A DNA stretch of 64,000 nt from Candidatus Bathyarchaeia archaeon (GTDB taxonomy: Archaea > Thermoproteota > Bathyarchaeia > Bathyarchaeales > Bathycorpusculaceae). Numbering within the stretch: position 1 is the stretch's first letter; each line of letters starts with the position of its first letter. The position numbers and the translations under genes were made by a program. Location: NCBI GenBank assembly GCA_038727135.1, contig JAVYWL010000001.1, forward strand, positions 256,001-320,000, read 5' to 3'. Below the pieces are notes generated by a model that worked only from the letters and a program-made list of their open reading frames with translations, was not told where the DNA came from and made no database searches. This document shows positions 1 to 10,800 of the stretch, piece by piece.

Positions 1-561
1 CCTCTGCCCACCGCTAAACTCGTGAGGAAACCTGTAAAGGTGCTGCTCGCCTAGACCAACCCTCTTCAAAACGTCAACAACCATTCTTCTGGCTTCCTCG
101 CCTCTGGCTATCCCTTGGGCAATAAGAGGCTCGGCAACTATGTCCTTAACAAGCATTCTGGGATCCAGCGATGTTGTTGGATCTTGATAAACAATCTGCA
201 TCCGTTTCCTAAGCCTCAATAGCCTTTCTCCTGAAAATGTGGCTATGTCATACTGCTCCCTCAACCGTTTAAGTTTCCTTGATTTTGGATTTGTCCTCTC
301 CAATTCAACTATCTCACTGATTATGTCTTCGGGAATATCAAAGAATATATTGCCAGCATCAGGTTTAAGGAGCCTTAGGATTGTCTTACCTAGGGTTGTT
401 TTGCCGCAGCCTGATTCTCCCACTAATCCAAAGGTTTCTCCCTTAAAAATATTTAGGGTGACACCGTCTACAGCCTTGACAGACGCAACCTTACGCTTTA
501 AAACGCCCCCAAGTATGGGATAATGCTTTTTCAAGTTTCTCACAGTTATTAAGGTGCTCAT
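1..561 (-). CDS. oppF: Oligopeptide/dipeptide ABC transporter ATP-binding subunit (OppF/DppF), truncated by window edge
   Basis: Manual translation from ATG at 561 (overlaps the upstream stop): MSTLITVRNLKKHYPILGG...GLVGESGCGKTT (Walker A)...QIVYQDP...YRFPHEFSGGQR. Not in the ORF track because it runs off the edge. Confidence 0.93.
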   Translation of the reverse strand, partial: MSTLITVRNLKKHYPILGGVLKRKVASVKAVDGVTLNIFKGETFGLVGESGCGKTTLGKTILRLLKPDAGNIFFDIPEDIISEIVELERTNPKSRKLKRLREQYDIATFSGERLLRLRKRMQIVYQDPTTSLDPRMLVKDIVAEPLIAQGIARGEEARRMVVDVLKRVGLGEQHLYRFPHEFSGGQR

Positions 562-1679
562 TTCGAGCCTCCGTAGAGGTGGCATGCAACAAAATGATCC
601 TTCTTAACCTCTATGAATTCAGGCTTGACTTTTTGGCAGATATCCATTTCAAACAGACATCTATCATGAAACCTGCATCCTTTAGGCGGATTTATAAGGC
701 TTGGAACGGTTCCTGGGATGGATTTGAACTCCTCTCCAGGTTTTGGGATAGATTCCAATAAGGCCTTTGTGTAAGGGTGAAGCGGGGACTCAAAGAGTTC
801 GTAGACATCGGCTGTTTCAACAACATTACCGGCATACATTACAGCGACTCTGTCGCACAGTTCAGCTATGACACCTAAGTCGTGGGTGATGTATAATATT
901 GAAGACTTGTATGTTTTCCTTAGCTCCCTTATTAAATTCAGTATCTGGGCTTGAACCGTTACATCTAGGTTTGTTGTGGGCTCATCAGCTATTAACATCG
1001 CTGGTTGACACGACAATGCCATTGCTATAACAGCTCTTTGCGCCATCCCCCCGCTTAGCTCAAAGGGGTACATTTTAGCAACCCTTTCGGGGTCTGCTAT
1101 CTCAACACTTCTTAGAAGGTTTACCACCTCTTTCCGAATCTCAGCCTTTAAGGTTTTTTGGCGAGTGAACTTGGCCATAATTCTAGTGATAATCGCTTTG
1201 GGCTTGTTCAACATTCTTTCATAGACTTTTTTTTCAAAGCTTGCTTTTTTGCCGGCTTTTTCAAGGGTTTCTATAGCTTTTTTTAAGAATTCGTTTTTTC
1301 GATGGGTTAGCAATGCCTCCCCAATCTGTGTTTCAACAGTATATACAGGGTTTAAGTAGGCTCTTGGTTCTTGAAAAACCATGGATATATCTTTCCCTCT
1401 GATTTGTCTTAGTGCATCCTTTCGGAGACTTCGGACATTTATTATTTTCCCGTCTCTGTTGAAGTGAATTTCACCCTCCTCAATTACACCCGGCGGCGGG
1501 ACTAGCTGCAGTATTGAGAAACTTGTTACACTTTTTCCGCACCCTGTTTCTCCTACAAGTCCAAGTATTTCTCCAGGTCTTATTTTTAGATTGACGCCGT
1601 CTAAAGCTTCAACTATCCCGGCATAAGTGTAGAATCTAACTACGAGATTTTTTACTTCTAAAAGGGTTTCCTCAGCCAT
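558..1679 (-). CDS. oppD: Oligopeptide/dipeptide ABC transporter ATP-binding subunit (OppD/DppD)
   Basis: GETGCGKS Walker A, LSGGMAQR signature, IADEPT Walker B, C-terminal HPYT and GCRFHDRC...C...VACH motifs. Confidence 0.95.
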   Translation of the reverse strand: MAEETLLEVKNLVVRFYTYAGIVEALDGVNLKIRPGEILGLVGETGCGKSVTSFSILQLVPPPGVIEEGEIHFNRDGKIINVRSLRKDALRQIRGKDISMVFQEPRAYLNPVYTVETQIGEALLTHRKNEFLKKAIETLEKAGKKASFEKKVYERMLNKPKAIITRIMAKFTRQKTLKAEIRKEVVNLLRSVEIADPERVAKMYPFELSGGMAQRAVIAMALSCQPAMLIADEPTTNLDVTVQAQILNLIRELRKTYKSSILYITHDLGVIAELCDRVAVMYAGNVVETADVYELFESPLHPYTKALLESIPKPGEEFKSIPGTVPSLINPPKGCRFHDRCLFEMDICQKVKPEFIEVKKDHFVACHLYGGSK

Positions 1680-1680
1680 T

Positions 1681-2796
1681 TCAGCGCCTCCTTATCATTG
1701 GATCTAGGATGTCTCGAAGTGCGTCTCCTAGGAGGTTCCATCCTAAGACGAAAAGGGCGATAAATATGCCCGGAATTAGAAACGTGTGGTAGTGCTGCAC
1801 TAGGAGTTCTGGTGATCTTATCCAGTCTCTGCTTCTGCTGATTATATTCCCCCAATCTGCAAAGTTTGTTTCCGCTCCTATTCCAATGAAGCTTAGGGCC
1901 GCCGCCGTTAATACTATAGAGCCTATGTCAAGCGTCACAACTATGAGTAAAGGATAGATCGTATTTGGAAGGATATGCTTAACTATTATTCGAAGGTCGG
2001 AGCATCCTGCCGCTTTGGCAGCTTCGATGTAATCTTCATTTTTAACTCTTAAGACTTCGCCACGTATAAGCCTTGCATAGCCAGGCCAACCAACTATTGA
2101 TAGGGATATTAAGACTTTGTCAAGTTTGCTTAGGTTTAAGCCTATTGTTATCGGGTTTCCAGTTATGTATAAGAATAGGAAGATTACGAGGACTATTTGA
2201 ATTGGTAGAAGGAGTTTTCTTTCTGGCTTGAAGACTATAAATATTATTGATAGGATCGAGGAAATAACCAGCATTATTATTGTTATGTCTATGGGTATTA
2301 TTGTTGGGAAGGCTATTACAAGGGCCATTGCAAGCACTAGTCCAGGTAGGGCGATTATTATATCGGTAAACCTCATGAGTAGCTCATCTACTATACCTCC
2401 GTAGTAGGCGGCTACTATCCCTAAAATTAGTCCGATGATGAGAGCGATGGCTACTACTACGATGCCTATACGGAAAGCGTTTATGGTTCCCCATATACAC
2501 GCATAATAAATGTCGTATTGCTCACCTGTCGTCCCGAAAATGTGTCTTGTTGTTGGCGGAGTCGGCTGTGGTGTTAAGACAGAAAGTTCGGTGTCTGTGC
2601 GCATTGAAAATGGGTCAGAACTCACTGGGGGGGCTAATATTGGAGCTAAACAAGCTATTATTACAAAACCTATTATTATTGCTAAGCCGACAACCGCAAG
2701 GGAAGATTCTCTAAATCTTCTGAGCATGAATTTCCATTCTTTTATGCGCGGTTCCCATGTCTTTTTTATTTCTCTCCATCGTGCACTTAAACTCAT
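1681..2796 (-). CDS. oppC: Peptide ABC transporter permease (OppC/DppC)
   Basis: HIFGT motif, EAA loop (YIEAAKAAG), NLLGDALRDILDP C-terminus. Confidence 0.95.
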   Translation of the reverse strand: MSLSARWREIKKTWEPRIKEWKFMLRRFRESSLAVVGLAIIIGFVIIACLAPILAPPVSSDPFSMRTDTELSVLTPQPTPPTTRHIFGTTGEQYDIYYACIWGTINAFRIGIVVVAIALIIGLILGIVAAYYGGIVDELLMRFTDIIIALPGLVLAMALVIAFPTIIPIDITIIMLVISSILSIIFIVFKPERKLLLPIQIVLVIFLFLYITGNPITIGLNLSKLDKVLISLSIVGWPGYARLIRGEVLRVKNEDYIEAAKAAGCSDLRIIVKHILPNTIYPLLIVVTLDIGSIVLTAAALSFIGIGAETNFADWGNIISRSRDWIRSPELLVQHYHTFLIPGIFIALFVLGWNLLGDALRDILDPMIRRR

Positions 2797-2801
2797 ATAG
2801 T

Positions 2802-3845
2802 TTACACCAACCTAATTCTGGGGTCTATATACGCATATAAAATGTCAACTATTAGGTTTGCAATAACGAATAGGAAGGCGCTCAACATTGCATAGCCTAA
2901 AACTGCTGGAATATCAAACTGAAGCGCCGCTCTTGCAGCCCATTGGCCTAGTCCGCCGAAGGCAAACACTGTCTCCGTTATTACAAGTCCCCCCAATAAG
3001 CCTGCGATTAACATTCCTGAAAGGGTGACCACTGGTATCAAGGCGTTTCGCCTGGCATGCCTATAAATAACTGTTTTGTCGTCAAGTCCTTTTGCCTTTG
3101 CAGCGAAAGTGTAGGGTTTGTTTAGGGCTTCTAGCATGGATGAACGCATAACTCTAATTAGTAATGCTATGTTTATTGTGACTATGACTATGACGGGGAG
3201 TATTAAATGCTTAAGGACGCTGAGGGTTATTTCAAGCCTTCCGTTTAAAAGGCCGTCGAATAAATCTATGTAAGTGTAACGAGTAAACAGTTGGGGATTG
3301 TTTCTAATATCCATTAGATGCGGGTCAAGGGGGCCCGGGGGCAACCATCCCAGGTGACCATAAAATACTGATAGTAGTATGAGGCCTAACCAAAATGATG
3401 GTAAGGACCATCCGAGAATGGAAAGAACTCTGCAGAAGTTGTCAATTATGCCGTCCTTATGAATGGCTGCTTGAACTCCTAAAAAAATCCCTATAAAAAT
3501 GATTAGAGGTGCTGCAAATAGTACTATTTCGAATGTGTACGGCCATCTTTCAAGTATGGCGCTGGCGACCGACTGTTGGGAGCTTTTGGAAAATCCTAAG
3601 TTTCCTTGAAGTACTTGACTTAGCCACGCGAAATATTGTTCGTGCAACGGTCTGGTTAAGCCATATTGTTCTGCTATGCGAGTTAGTTGTTCTGGGCTTG
3701 TGTGTTGAACGTTTCTGACATAAAGCATTGCTCTGACTTCAACGGGAACCATTGCTGTTATTGCGAATATTAAAACTGTTACACCTAAAAGTACAAAGAT
3801 TAGAAGTATAAGCCTTCTTACAATATATGCTAGTAGGGAGGTCAT
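2802..3845 (-). CDS. oppB: Peptide ABC transporter permease (OppB/DppB)
   Basis: YIVRRL start, GNLGFS, AKAKGL loop, HARRNALIP, DILYAYIDPRIR; ATG at 3845 preferred over the upstream start. Confidence 0.95.
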   Translation of the reverse strand: MTSLLAYIVRRLILLIFVLLGVTVLIFAITAMVPVEVRAMLYVRNVQHTSPEQLTRIAEQYGLTRPLHEQYFAWLSQVLQGNLGFSKSSQQSVASAILERWPYTFEIVLFAAPLIIFIGIFLGVQAAIHKDGIIDNFCRVLSILGWSLPSFWLGLILLSVFYGHLGWLPPGPLDPHLMDIRNNPQLFTRYTYIDLFDGLLNGRLEITLSVLKHLILPVIVIVTINIALLIRVMRSSMLEALNKPYTFAAKAKGLDDKTVIYRHARRNALIPVVTLSGMLIAGLLGGLVITETVFAFGGLGQWAARAALQFDIPAVLGYAMLSAFLFVIANLIVDILYAYIDPRIRLV

Positions 3846-3919
3846 GGCGTTTAAAATAAACAAGCACCGAATATTTAAGTTTGACGAGAAAAATTAACAA
3901 AAAAAAGGGAGATTTTAAT

Positions 3920-6109
3920 TTATGTTGATGTCCATGGTGGGCTTGTTTTTCCGAAGAGTTTGCAGACCATGCCTAGGTCTTTGGCGTCTACTTTGCGGTC
4001 GTTGTTGACGTCTGCTCTGTAGCACCATCTTGGGTGGACTGGTGGGCCTGGGCTGGAGCCGAAGGCTTTGCCTACTGTGCCTATGTCTTTGGCGTCAACT
4101 TTGCCATCATAGTTGACGTCGTGGGGCAGGTAGTTGCATGTTGGGTATGTGGGTGTTGTTGTTAGAGCGGCGTGGGGTTGGTAGTACCATTTCCAGAGGT
4201 TATAGGCGTAAACGCCTGGATAGATTGGGTTGTAGTACCAGCCTACAACCCAGTCACGCTCGAAATGTCTTCCAATAGCTTGGTCTATTGGCACGCTTGG
4301 GCAGTCCTCAACGGCTAGCTGTTGTATTTGCTTGTAAATTGCTGCCCTTTCTGGACCTTCCGGTGCTGCAATACCCGCCTCAACAAGCTCATCCATTGTT
4401 GGGTTGTGGTATAGTTGCCATGCGCCGAAGGCTCCATGGCTGTAGTAGAATGCGAAGGCGAAGTTGTGTGGGTCTGGGTAGTCAGCTAGCCATCCTATAA
4501 TGAATAGTGGTGTCTGGTGGTATAAGCATGCCCGTAGATATGGTTTCCAATCAACGCTTGTTACTTCTATGTGGAACTTCGGGTTGAGGCTTTCAATGTT
4601 TTGTTCGAGGATTCTTGCTGCTCTCTCTCTTGGTAGGTTACCTGTGTTATATAGTATTGTCATTGTAAAGCCCGTAGTCCATAATCCCGGAACCATTTTG
4701 AAGTATTGCTCCGACTTTGTTAGGTTGAAGGTGTAGCCTTTTACTGTCGGGTCGTAGTATGGTAGGCCTGGTATTATGGCTGTTGCCGGGGCTATTGCCT
4801 CGCCAAGGTAGGCTTCTTGTAGGAATCTGTTGTAGTCGAAGGCGTAGGCAAAAGCCTTCCTAACATATATGCCCCAAGATGGGTTACCGAAGAAGTCTCT
4901 CGGTATGCCGTCCTCTGTAAAGACGCCGTAATCATTTATCTTTCCGTATGGTGTTGTTGGGGTTATATCAAACATAAAGAATAACCCATCAACAGCGAGT
5001 ATTGGCAGTGGGTATATGCATCTAAGCCCATCCTTCAATATTCCCTTTGAGAAGTCTTCGTACATTTCTGGTATGTGCATTCTCGGGACCGCGCAGAAGT
5101 CGAAATCTCCAGCTAGGAACATAGGTGCTCTTACTTCCCATGTGTAGTGCCATGTGACTGTTACCCGGTCAACCCAGCCTACTGGTTGGGATGGACCTAT
5201 TTTCGGGAAGTCTGCTGGCCAGCCACGCCAGTAGTTGGGGTTCCTAACTATTGTCCAGTATTCGTCTGTGTAGCTTAGTGTTTCCAACATAAACGGCCCT
5301 GATCCCATCATAACTGGGCCGCCTAGCTCTGGGTCGTCCAAAGGCGATATTTCTGGGTTATGGTAGTTTATCCAGTCTGAGTAGTCTCCCCATTCGCCGC
5401 TCCAATCACCACGACCTAGAGAGTTTATCCATGTTTTGCTTAATATACTTGACCATGATTGGCATAAGATTTGCATGAACGGGGCGTACGCGCCTGGGAA
5501 GGCAAGGTTAAATAGAACGTATTGGCCGTCCACTTCAACAGCAGCATCAATAATTTTTCCAGCAAGTATGACGCCCTCAGTAGTTGAGAGGTTAAGGTTA
5601 TATGGTGGTTCTTCCAGTCCATAGGCGCCCCAAGTATTCAGCAAGGGCTCGTAAAACATCCACGTTGGACCAGAATCCCTGTCTTGGACCATGGCACGCT
5701 CAAAACTATATTCAACATCTTCAGGCGTTAGTGGAGTACCATCACTAAATGTTACTCCAGTCCTAATCTTGAATTTGTAGGTGTAATAGTACTTCAGTTC
5801 AGGGTGAAGCGGACTCTGTATTGGCGGATCGTGTTTAATTATTTCCCAACTTTCAGCTATTGATGGCAAGTAAACGTCCATATGTTCCCCGTCAAAGGTT
5901 ATCAATGTATCATAAACGTTGAATATTAGTTCGGCGCTGGCAGTGTCGTAGCACCACGCGGGGTCAACAGTTTCAGGCATTCCGCCCTCAATCGTCGCCA
6001 CTTTTAAGTGCATCTTGTCAGTTATTGGTGGAAAAGCTCGCACAGAAGCAACCGCTGAGAAAACCATCAGCATACCCAGAACTGCAGTTATAAGCACTCG
6101 CTTATCCAT
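3920..6109 (-). CDS. oppA: Family 5 peptide-binding protein (OppA/DppA) with C-terminal dockerin-like domain
   Basis: Signal peptide MDKRVLITAVLGMLMVFSAVASVRA; DPAWCYD, FSDGTPLTPEDVEYSFER, GSGPF, GWLADYPDP; duplicated Ca-binding repeats DVNYDGKVDAKD and DVNNDRKVDAKD. Confidence 0.93.
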   Translation of the reverse strand: MDKRVLITAVLGMLMVFSAVASVRAFPPITDKMHLKVATIEGGMPETVDPAWCYDTASAELIFNVYDTLITFDGEHMDVYLPSIAESWEIIKHDPPIQSPLHPELKYYYTYKFKIRTGVTFSDGTPLTPEDVEYSFERAMVQDRDSGPTWMFYEPLLNTWGAYGLEEPPYNLNLSTTEGVILAGKIIDAAVEVDGQYVLFNLAFPGAYAPFMQILCQSWSSILSKTWINSLGRGDWSGEWGDYSDWINYHNPEISPLDDPELGGPVMMGSGPFMLETLSYTDEYWTIVRNPNYWRGWPADFPKIGPSQPVGWVDRVTVTWHYTWEVRAPMFLAGDFDFCAVPRMHIPEMYEDFSKGILKDGLRCIYPLPILAVDGLFFMFDITPTTPYGKINDYGVFTEDGIPRDFFGNPSWGIYVRKAFAYAFDYNRFLQEAYLGEAIAPATAIIPGLPYYDPTVKGYTFNLTKSEQYFKMVPGLWTTGFTMTILYNTGNLPRERAARILEQNIESLNPKFHIEVTSVDWKPYLRACLYHQTPLFIIGWLADYPDPHNFAFAFYYSHGAFGAWQLYHNPTMDELVEAGIAAPEGPERAAIYKQIQQLAVEDCPSVPIDQAIGRHFERDWVVGWYYNPIYPGVYAYNLWKWYYQPHAALTTTPTYPTCNYLPHDVNYDGKVDAKDIGTVGKAFGSSPGPPVHPRWCYRADVNNDRKVDAKDLGMVCKLFGKTSPPWTST

Positions 6110-6199
6110 TTCTTTCTCCCCTTTCCACATTATTTCCGCAATACAATAAAAACAGAAGCACATATTTAATTCTTACGGAAAAAAGTTCTAGTAAAAATT

Positions 6200-6472
6200 T
6201 TACTTCGAAACATCAGACACGCCCTCCGAGTGTGCTTCACCCTCATTCTTTTCCTTCTCTAGGCTGACCCAACGCCTATAACTTCTAAAAATAACCCAAA
6301 CAAAAACAGCCACCAACAACATAATAACTATTGCATAGGGAGCAACAACCATAATAATATAGAAAATCACAAGAGGAGCCAAAACCGCAATTAAAAGAAT
6401 AAGGAAAAGCTGCCAAAACCACTTCTGATTTAAAGGGTACAGATAGGGCACCACAACGAAAATATGCACCAA
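6200..6472 (-). CDS. Small two-TM membrane protein, unknown function
   Basis: Two hydrophobic stretches and a charged tail; start uncertain. Confidence 0.6.
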   Translation of the reverse strand: MVHIFVVVPYLYPLNQKWFWQLFLILLIAVLAPLVIFYIIMVVAPYAIVIMLLVAVFVWVIFRSYRRWVSLEKEKNEGEAHSEGVSDVSK

Positions 6473-6533
6473 CCCCTATTTGAATATTTCCGGAAACACC
6501 AAAATAAGGCTTGCAGACAAGGAGTCCAGTAAC

Positions 6534-7055
6534 ATGAAGACAAAAACAAAGTTAACAGCAAAAAAATCGAGAAAAAGAAATATTGCAATAGCAGTAACAT
6601 TAACAATAATAACACTCATAATAATTGCCTCAGCCATTCACCAACAAGCAAAAAAGGAAGCAAATCCCCCTAAAGAAGACCCAAACAAATATTTCCAGTT
6701 TCTAAGCGCAGAAGCCCAAGGCGAAAAAATAGCAGGCTCAGCAACAGCCCTAAAAATACAATATTTAACGTTCATCTTAAAACCGGTAATGGGAGACGCC
6801 CACGACGTAGTAATATTCGCCGAAGGCATGACAAACCCAGGAGATTACTGGTATGGGGAAATAAAAAACGGAACAGAAACACGCATAGAGATACAATTCA
6901 GCTCACCAATCCGTGTCACCAAACAACCAGGCGATTTATACCTTCTTGAAATAGAAATATATTCATCGGAAACATTGAGGGGGAAACACACCTTCCAAAT
7001 GAAGATAGATGAAGAAATTGGAAATTATGTATTCCTCAAAGAAAAAGAAGAATGA
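6534..7055 (+). CDS. Membrane-anchored hypothetical protein
   Basis: Basic N-terminus, one TM helix, beta-rich ectodomain; ATG 6534 after AAGGAG. Confidence 0.75.
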   Translation: MKTKTKLTAKKSRKRNIAIAVTLTIITLIIIASAIHQQAKKEANPPKEDPNKYFQFLSAEAQGEKIAGSATALKIQYLTFILKPVMGDAHDVVIFAEGMTNPGDYWYGEIKNGTETRIEIQFSSPIRVTKQPGDLYLLEIEIYSSETLRGKHTFQMKIDEEIGNYVFLKEKEE

Positions 7056-7103
7056 AAAACATTTAATTAAAACCCATTAACACTGTCTATTTAAGGATAG
7101 AAT

Positions 7104-7520
7104 ATGCAGAAAAGTTGGACAAACCAAAACATAAACATCCAAACCTTAATGGAGAAGATAATAAAATATTTGGAAGGGGAAGACTTTGACATAACAGTCT
7201 ACCAAGAAGAAAAGGGATACACAATAATAGCAGAAAACTCCCAAAAATACGAGATAAACGGAAGCATAAACATACAAATAAAAGGAGAACCAAACAACTT
7301 TTCAATAAACATAGCAGAAAAAAGTGAAAAAAGCACCTACGGTATTCCCCCTCTTCTCTCAACAATGTTTGGGGGAGGATACTTCCTCCTAAAAAGATTA
7401 AAATCGGAAGAAAAATACATAGAGTTTACAAAGAATTTTTGGCAAAACGTAAATAAGATACTTTTCGAAATAAAAACAACAGAGGGAGAAAGGGTTGCCG
7501 AGCCTCATAATAGAGGCTAA
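7104..7520 (+). CDS. Hypothetical protein
   Basis: 138-aa ORF with ATG, co-oriented with neighbours. Confidence 0.7.
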   Translation: MQKSWTNQNINIQTLMEKIIKYLEGEDFDITVYQEEKGYTIIAENSQKYEINGSINIQIKGEPNNFSINIAEKSEKSTYGIPPLLSTMFGGGYFLLKRLKSEEKYIEFTKNFWQNVNKILFEIKTTEGERVAEPHNRG

Positions 7521-7749
7521 ATGTAAAACCCACGGCATAGAGCGTTACAGAATAAAAATAATTAAGAAACACAATATCGACCCAAACATAATACAACCAA
7601 AATTCAGAACAAGGCCCACATACGGATTAAGCGGCATAATCATAGGGAGGAACATACCATACGAAGTGGCAAAGGAATACCTCCTTCAAAACCTAGATAG
7701 ATTCGGCTTAGCCTACCTTAACATCTTGTCGATAAGAATACAAAAATAA
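7495..7749 (+). CDS. Small basic hypothetical protein
   Basis: 84 aa, TTG start after GGAG, CxxHG motif. Confidence 0.7.
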   Translation: MPSLIIEAKCKTHGIERYRIKIIKKHNIDPNIIQPKFRTRPTYGLSGIIIGRNIPYEVAKEYLLQNLDRFGLAYLNILSIRIQK

Positions 7750-7806
7750 AGGTATCCTATTGAAGAATTTCTAGACAAAGAAAAAAGGGAAACTAGATAA
7801 GAACAT

Positions 7807-10800
7807 TCATGGGTCGTATGTTGGACCTTTCCAACCGAAACCCTTACACACGATGGCGATATCTTTAATATCGATTTTTCCGTTGCGGTCAATGTCGTAT
7901 TCCCTGTTCCATCTCATGTGGCCAGGTGATGCGCCGAAAGCCTTGGCTACAAGCCCTATATCCCAAGCGTTGACTCTTCCATCGTAATTGACATCACCAA
8001 TATGCGTTGGATACATCTCAAACAATCCGTCGCTGCGATTCACAGGAACCTCAATTATGTCGTCATCAACAAGCATAACGTCTTCAAGCCTCAAATCAGA
8101 TGTTAGCGGTGGCTTCTCAAGTCCCCGCTCTTGATACCTCGTCTTAAATGTTATCGTTGCCAACACTCCATCACCGCTTGGGAATTTACTCCAAACACCA
8201 TACTGGTTTGGATAAAGGACTATACCGACGATTATGTTGGGTCCATAGACGGGGTCTCTTTCAACATAATATAGGAACAGTGTTCCATAAAGATTCCATC
8301 TTGGATCCTTCATGAAGGCCCCTTCAGCCACATCAACAACATCTAACAAAGTATCATTGTAGCAGACTCTAAATTGGATGATGACGACTCTCCAGCCTTC
8401 CCACAAACCGTCAATAGTTACGTTCACATTAAATTCCTTGTTCAACATTTGTGCTTGAAACAGCGATGGTTCAACTTTAATTAAAACTTCAGGTCCAACT
8501 CTAACTTGTCCATCAACGAAGACGTTATCTTCAATATCTACCTCGCCTGGAACCATGTTTGCTTCTGCCTTTAACGTGTATGTTCCATACGGTACCCCTG
8601 AGGTATTCCAGTTGAACGTTAACAGCTTTGTGGATCCAGGAATCATATCGGTAATTGTTTCCCAGCCTATGAGGTTGTCATCATAATAGAGCGATACATT
8701 GAATGTTTCGTACGTATTCCCTTCATTCTTGACCTTAACACTAACTTGAACCGTACTTCCAGACGCTATTCTGATGGCAGAAGGCGCAATACTTAGTATA
8801 GCAACATCATGGACAAGTGGCGGAGCTTTTTCGGTTAGTAGCCAAGGTTTAAAGTTAGCGTTTCCGCTCACTTCGTCCCCTAATCCCGTTGGGTTAAGTG
8901 TTGGATGGTATGGTCCTGTCAGGTGACCCCACCAGTTGTAACGTGCGTCAACAGGTTCTGTCACGTCTTCACTTACCCATAAACCGTATGTGCCACTGCC
9001 TATGATGTTGTTATAATTGATCTTAATGTCTGTTGGCGCGACTCCAGCGTTTGGATAGCTCCACACATCTATTCCGTCTTCTACAGCATTTAATATGTTG
9101 TTGCAGATGAGCGTGACATTTTTCGCATCATTTGATATGTCCACTTGCCATGTATTATTAAAGAGCGTGTTGCCCTTGATGAGGACATTTGACAAGGCGT
9201 GATAATCCCATGGAGACCCATAAATTGATCCGGGGAAGTCTGCGGCGCTTATGCCAATATCACAGCCTTCAACATAGTTGTTTTCAACAATCACATCGCT
9301 TGTGTCAACGACAAGTATTCCGGTTGCCGACCAGTATGGATTGTTGACGGTGCAATTGAAAACATAGTTGCCTAAAACATGTGCAGTTGCGCCATATGCT
9401 ATTTGTATGCCGTTTTCAGCCCACCATCCAGTTTCCGGTTCAAAACCATTTCCAAAAACAGTGTTCTCTTGGACAATAGCGTGTGGATCAACATTTGGAC
9501 CAGCATCGCCTAAAACGCCTATGCCGCCGCGGCTAAAGTCCCGGACTTCGTTGTATTCGATAGTTGCTTCTGAATCTCCGTAGACTAGAATGCCAAATGT
9601 TTGGGGACCGCTTCCTTTTCCAGAGGGCGGGTACATGCTATAAATAACACAGTTTGATACGGTGCCAGGCTTAATATTGCGGCATAATATTCCAACATAG
9701 CGATAGCTGCTGGCAGCTTTATTTCCGCCGTCTATTTCAAAACCTTTAATAGTTACACTGATTGTTTCGGTTCCGCTTAAAGAGCCATAAGCAAATATTA
9801 TTGGATCAAATACAGCACTAGACTCTGGAATTGTAAACGTACTTCGAGTGTCTGGAGCCACTATTTTAGCTCCGGTCATCCCTTCCAGGCTTAAGTTTTT
9901 GTTGACAACCAACTGTTCCACGTATTCTCCGGGATATACATGCACCACGCCCTCAGCGAGTACCGCATTGATTCCATCTTGTATTTTTGTGAAAGCATTA
10001 TAACCTATAAATTTGCCCGGTTCAACCTCGTAGCCTGGAGGCAAGCTAGCCCAGTCGTCATTCACCCATACCTCGCTTGCAAAACCTTCAAGGTCAATTG
10101 AGACCGTTGTTCCATCTTTTAATGCTATAGTTATTGCGTCTATGCAGCCTTGAAAAACGTTCATCCAACCGGTTGCTGTTTGGAAAGAAATGTACTTTAC
10201 AACTTCAACTCCGTAGTCGATATTTGTTTCAGGGCATCCAGAATAGTAGTTGTGCCAGTTTATTGGGCCGGCTTGGATGTCTTGAAGCGTTGGTTGGCCA
10301 TAGAACCCGTAAAAACCTATGGTGTCTGGGTCAAAGAAGGTAAGCTGGTTTGTATCTACATCAGTACTCCACCTATTCCATTGATTAGCCGGAGCGTTAA
10401 GGTTTTTGGAGAAGTATGGTTCACCGATTAGTTTGTATCCATACCAGCCGTGATCACCAATACCGTCAGGCTTTGTGTATATTACTATGTAGAAGTTATG
10501 TGGAGTTGTGCCAGTAATTGGATGTGGAGTATTGGTGTGGTATGATATGCTGGCTATATCATCTATTTTGAAAGCGCCTAGAGCGTCGAATGGAGGAAGC
10601 GTTGGGTCAATGTATATTTCGAATTTCTGTCCTAAAACTGCAGCCCAGCATCCACTTCCCCAATAAAATTGCGCGTTGGTCCCGACAGCTTTGGCCAGCG
10701 TGGCAACAGCGCCGCCTAGAATAAGATATTTGGCAGTAGCCATGTCACTGGTGTCTGTATCGTACCATGAGAAGTCTGGAGGGAAAAAGGTTCTGCCACC

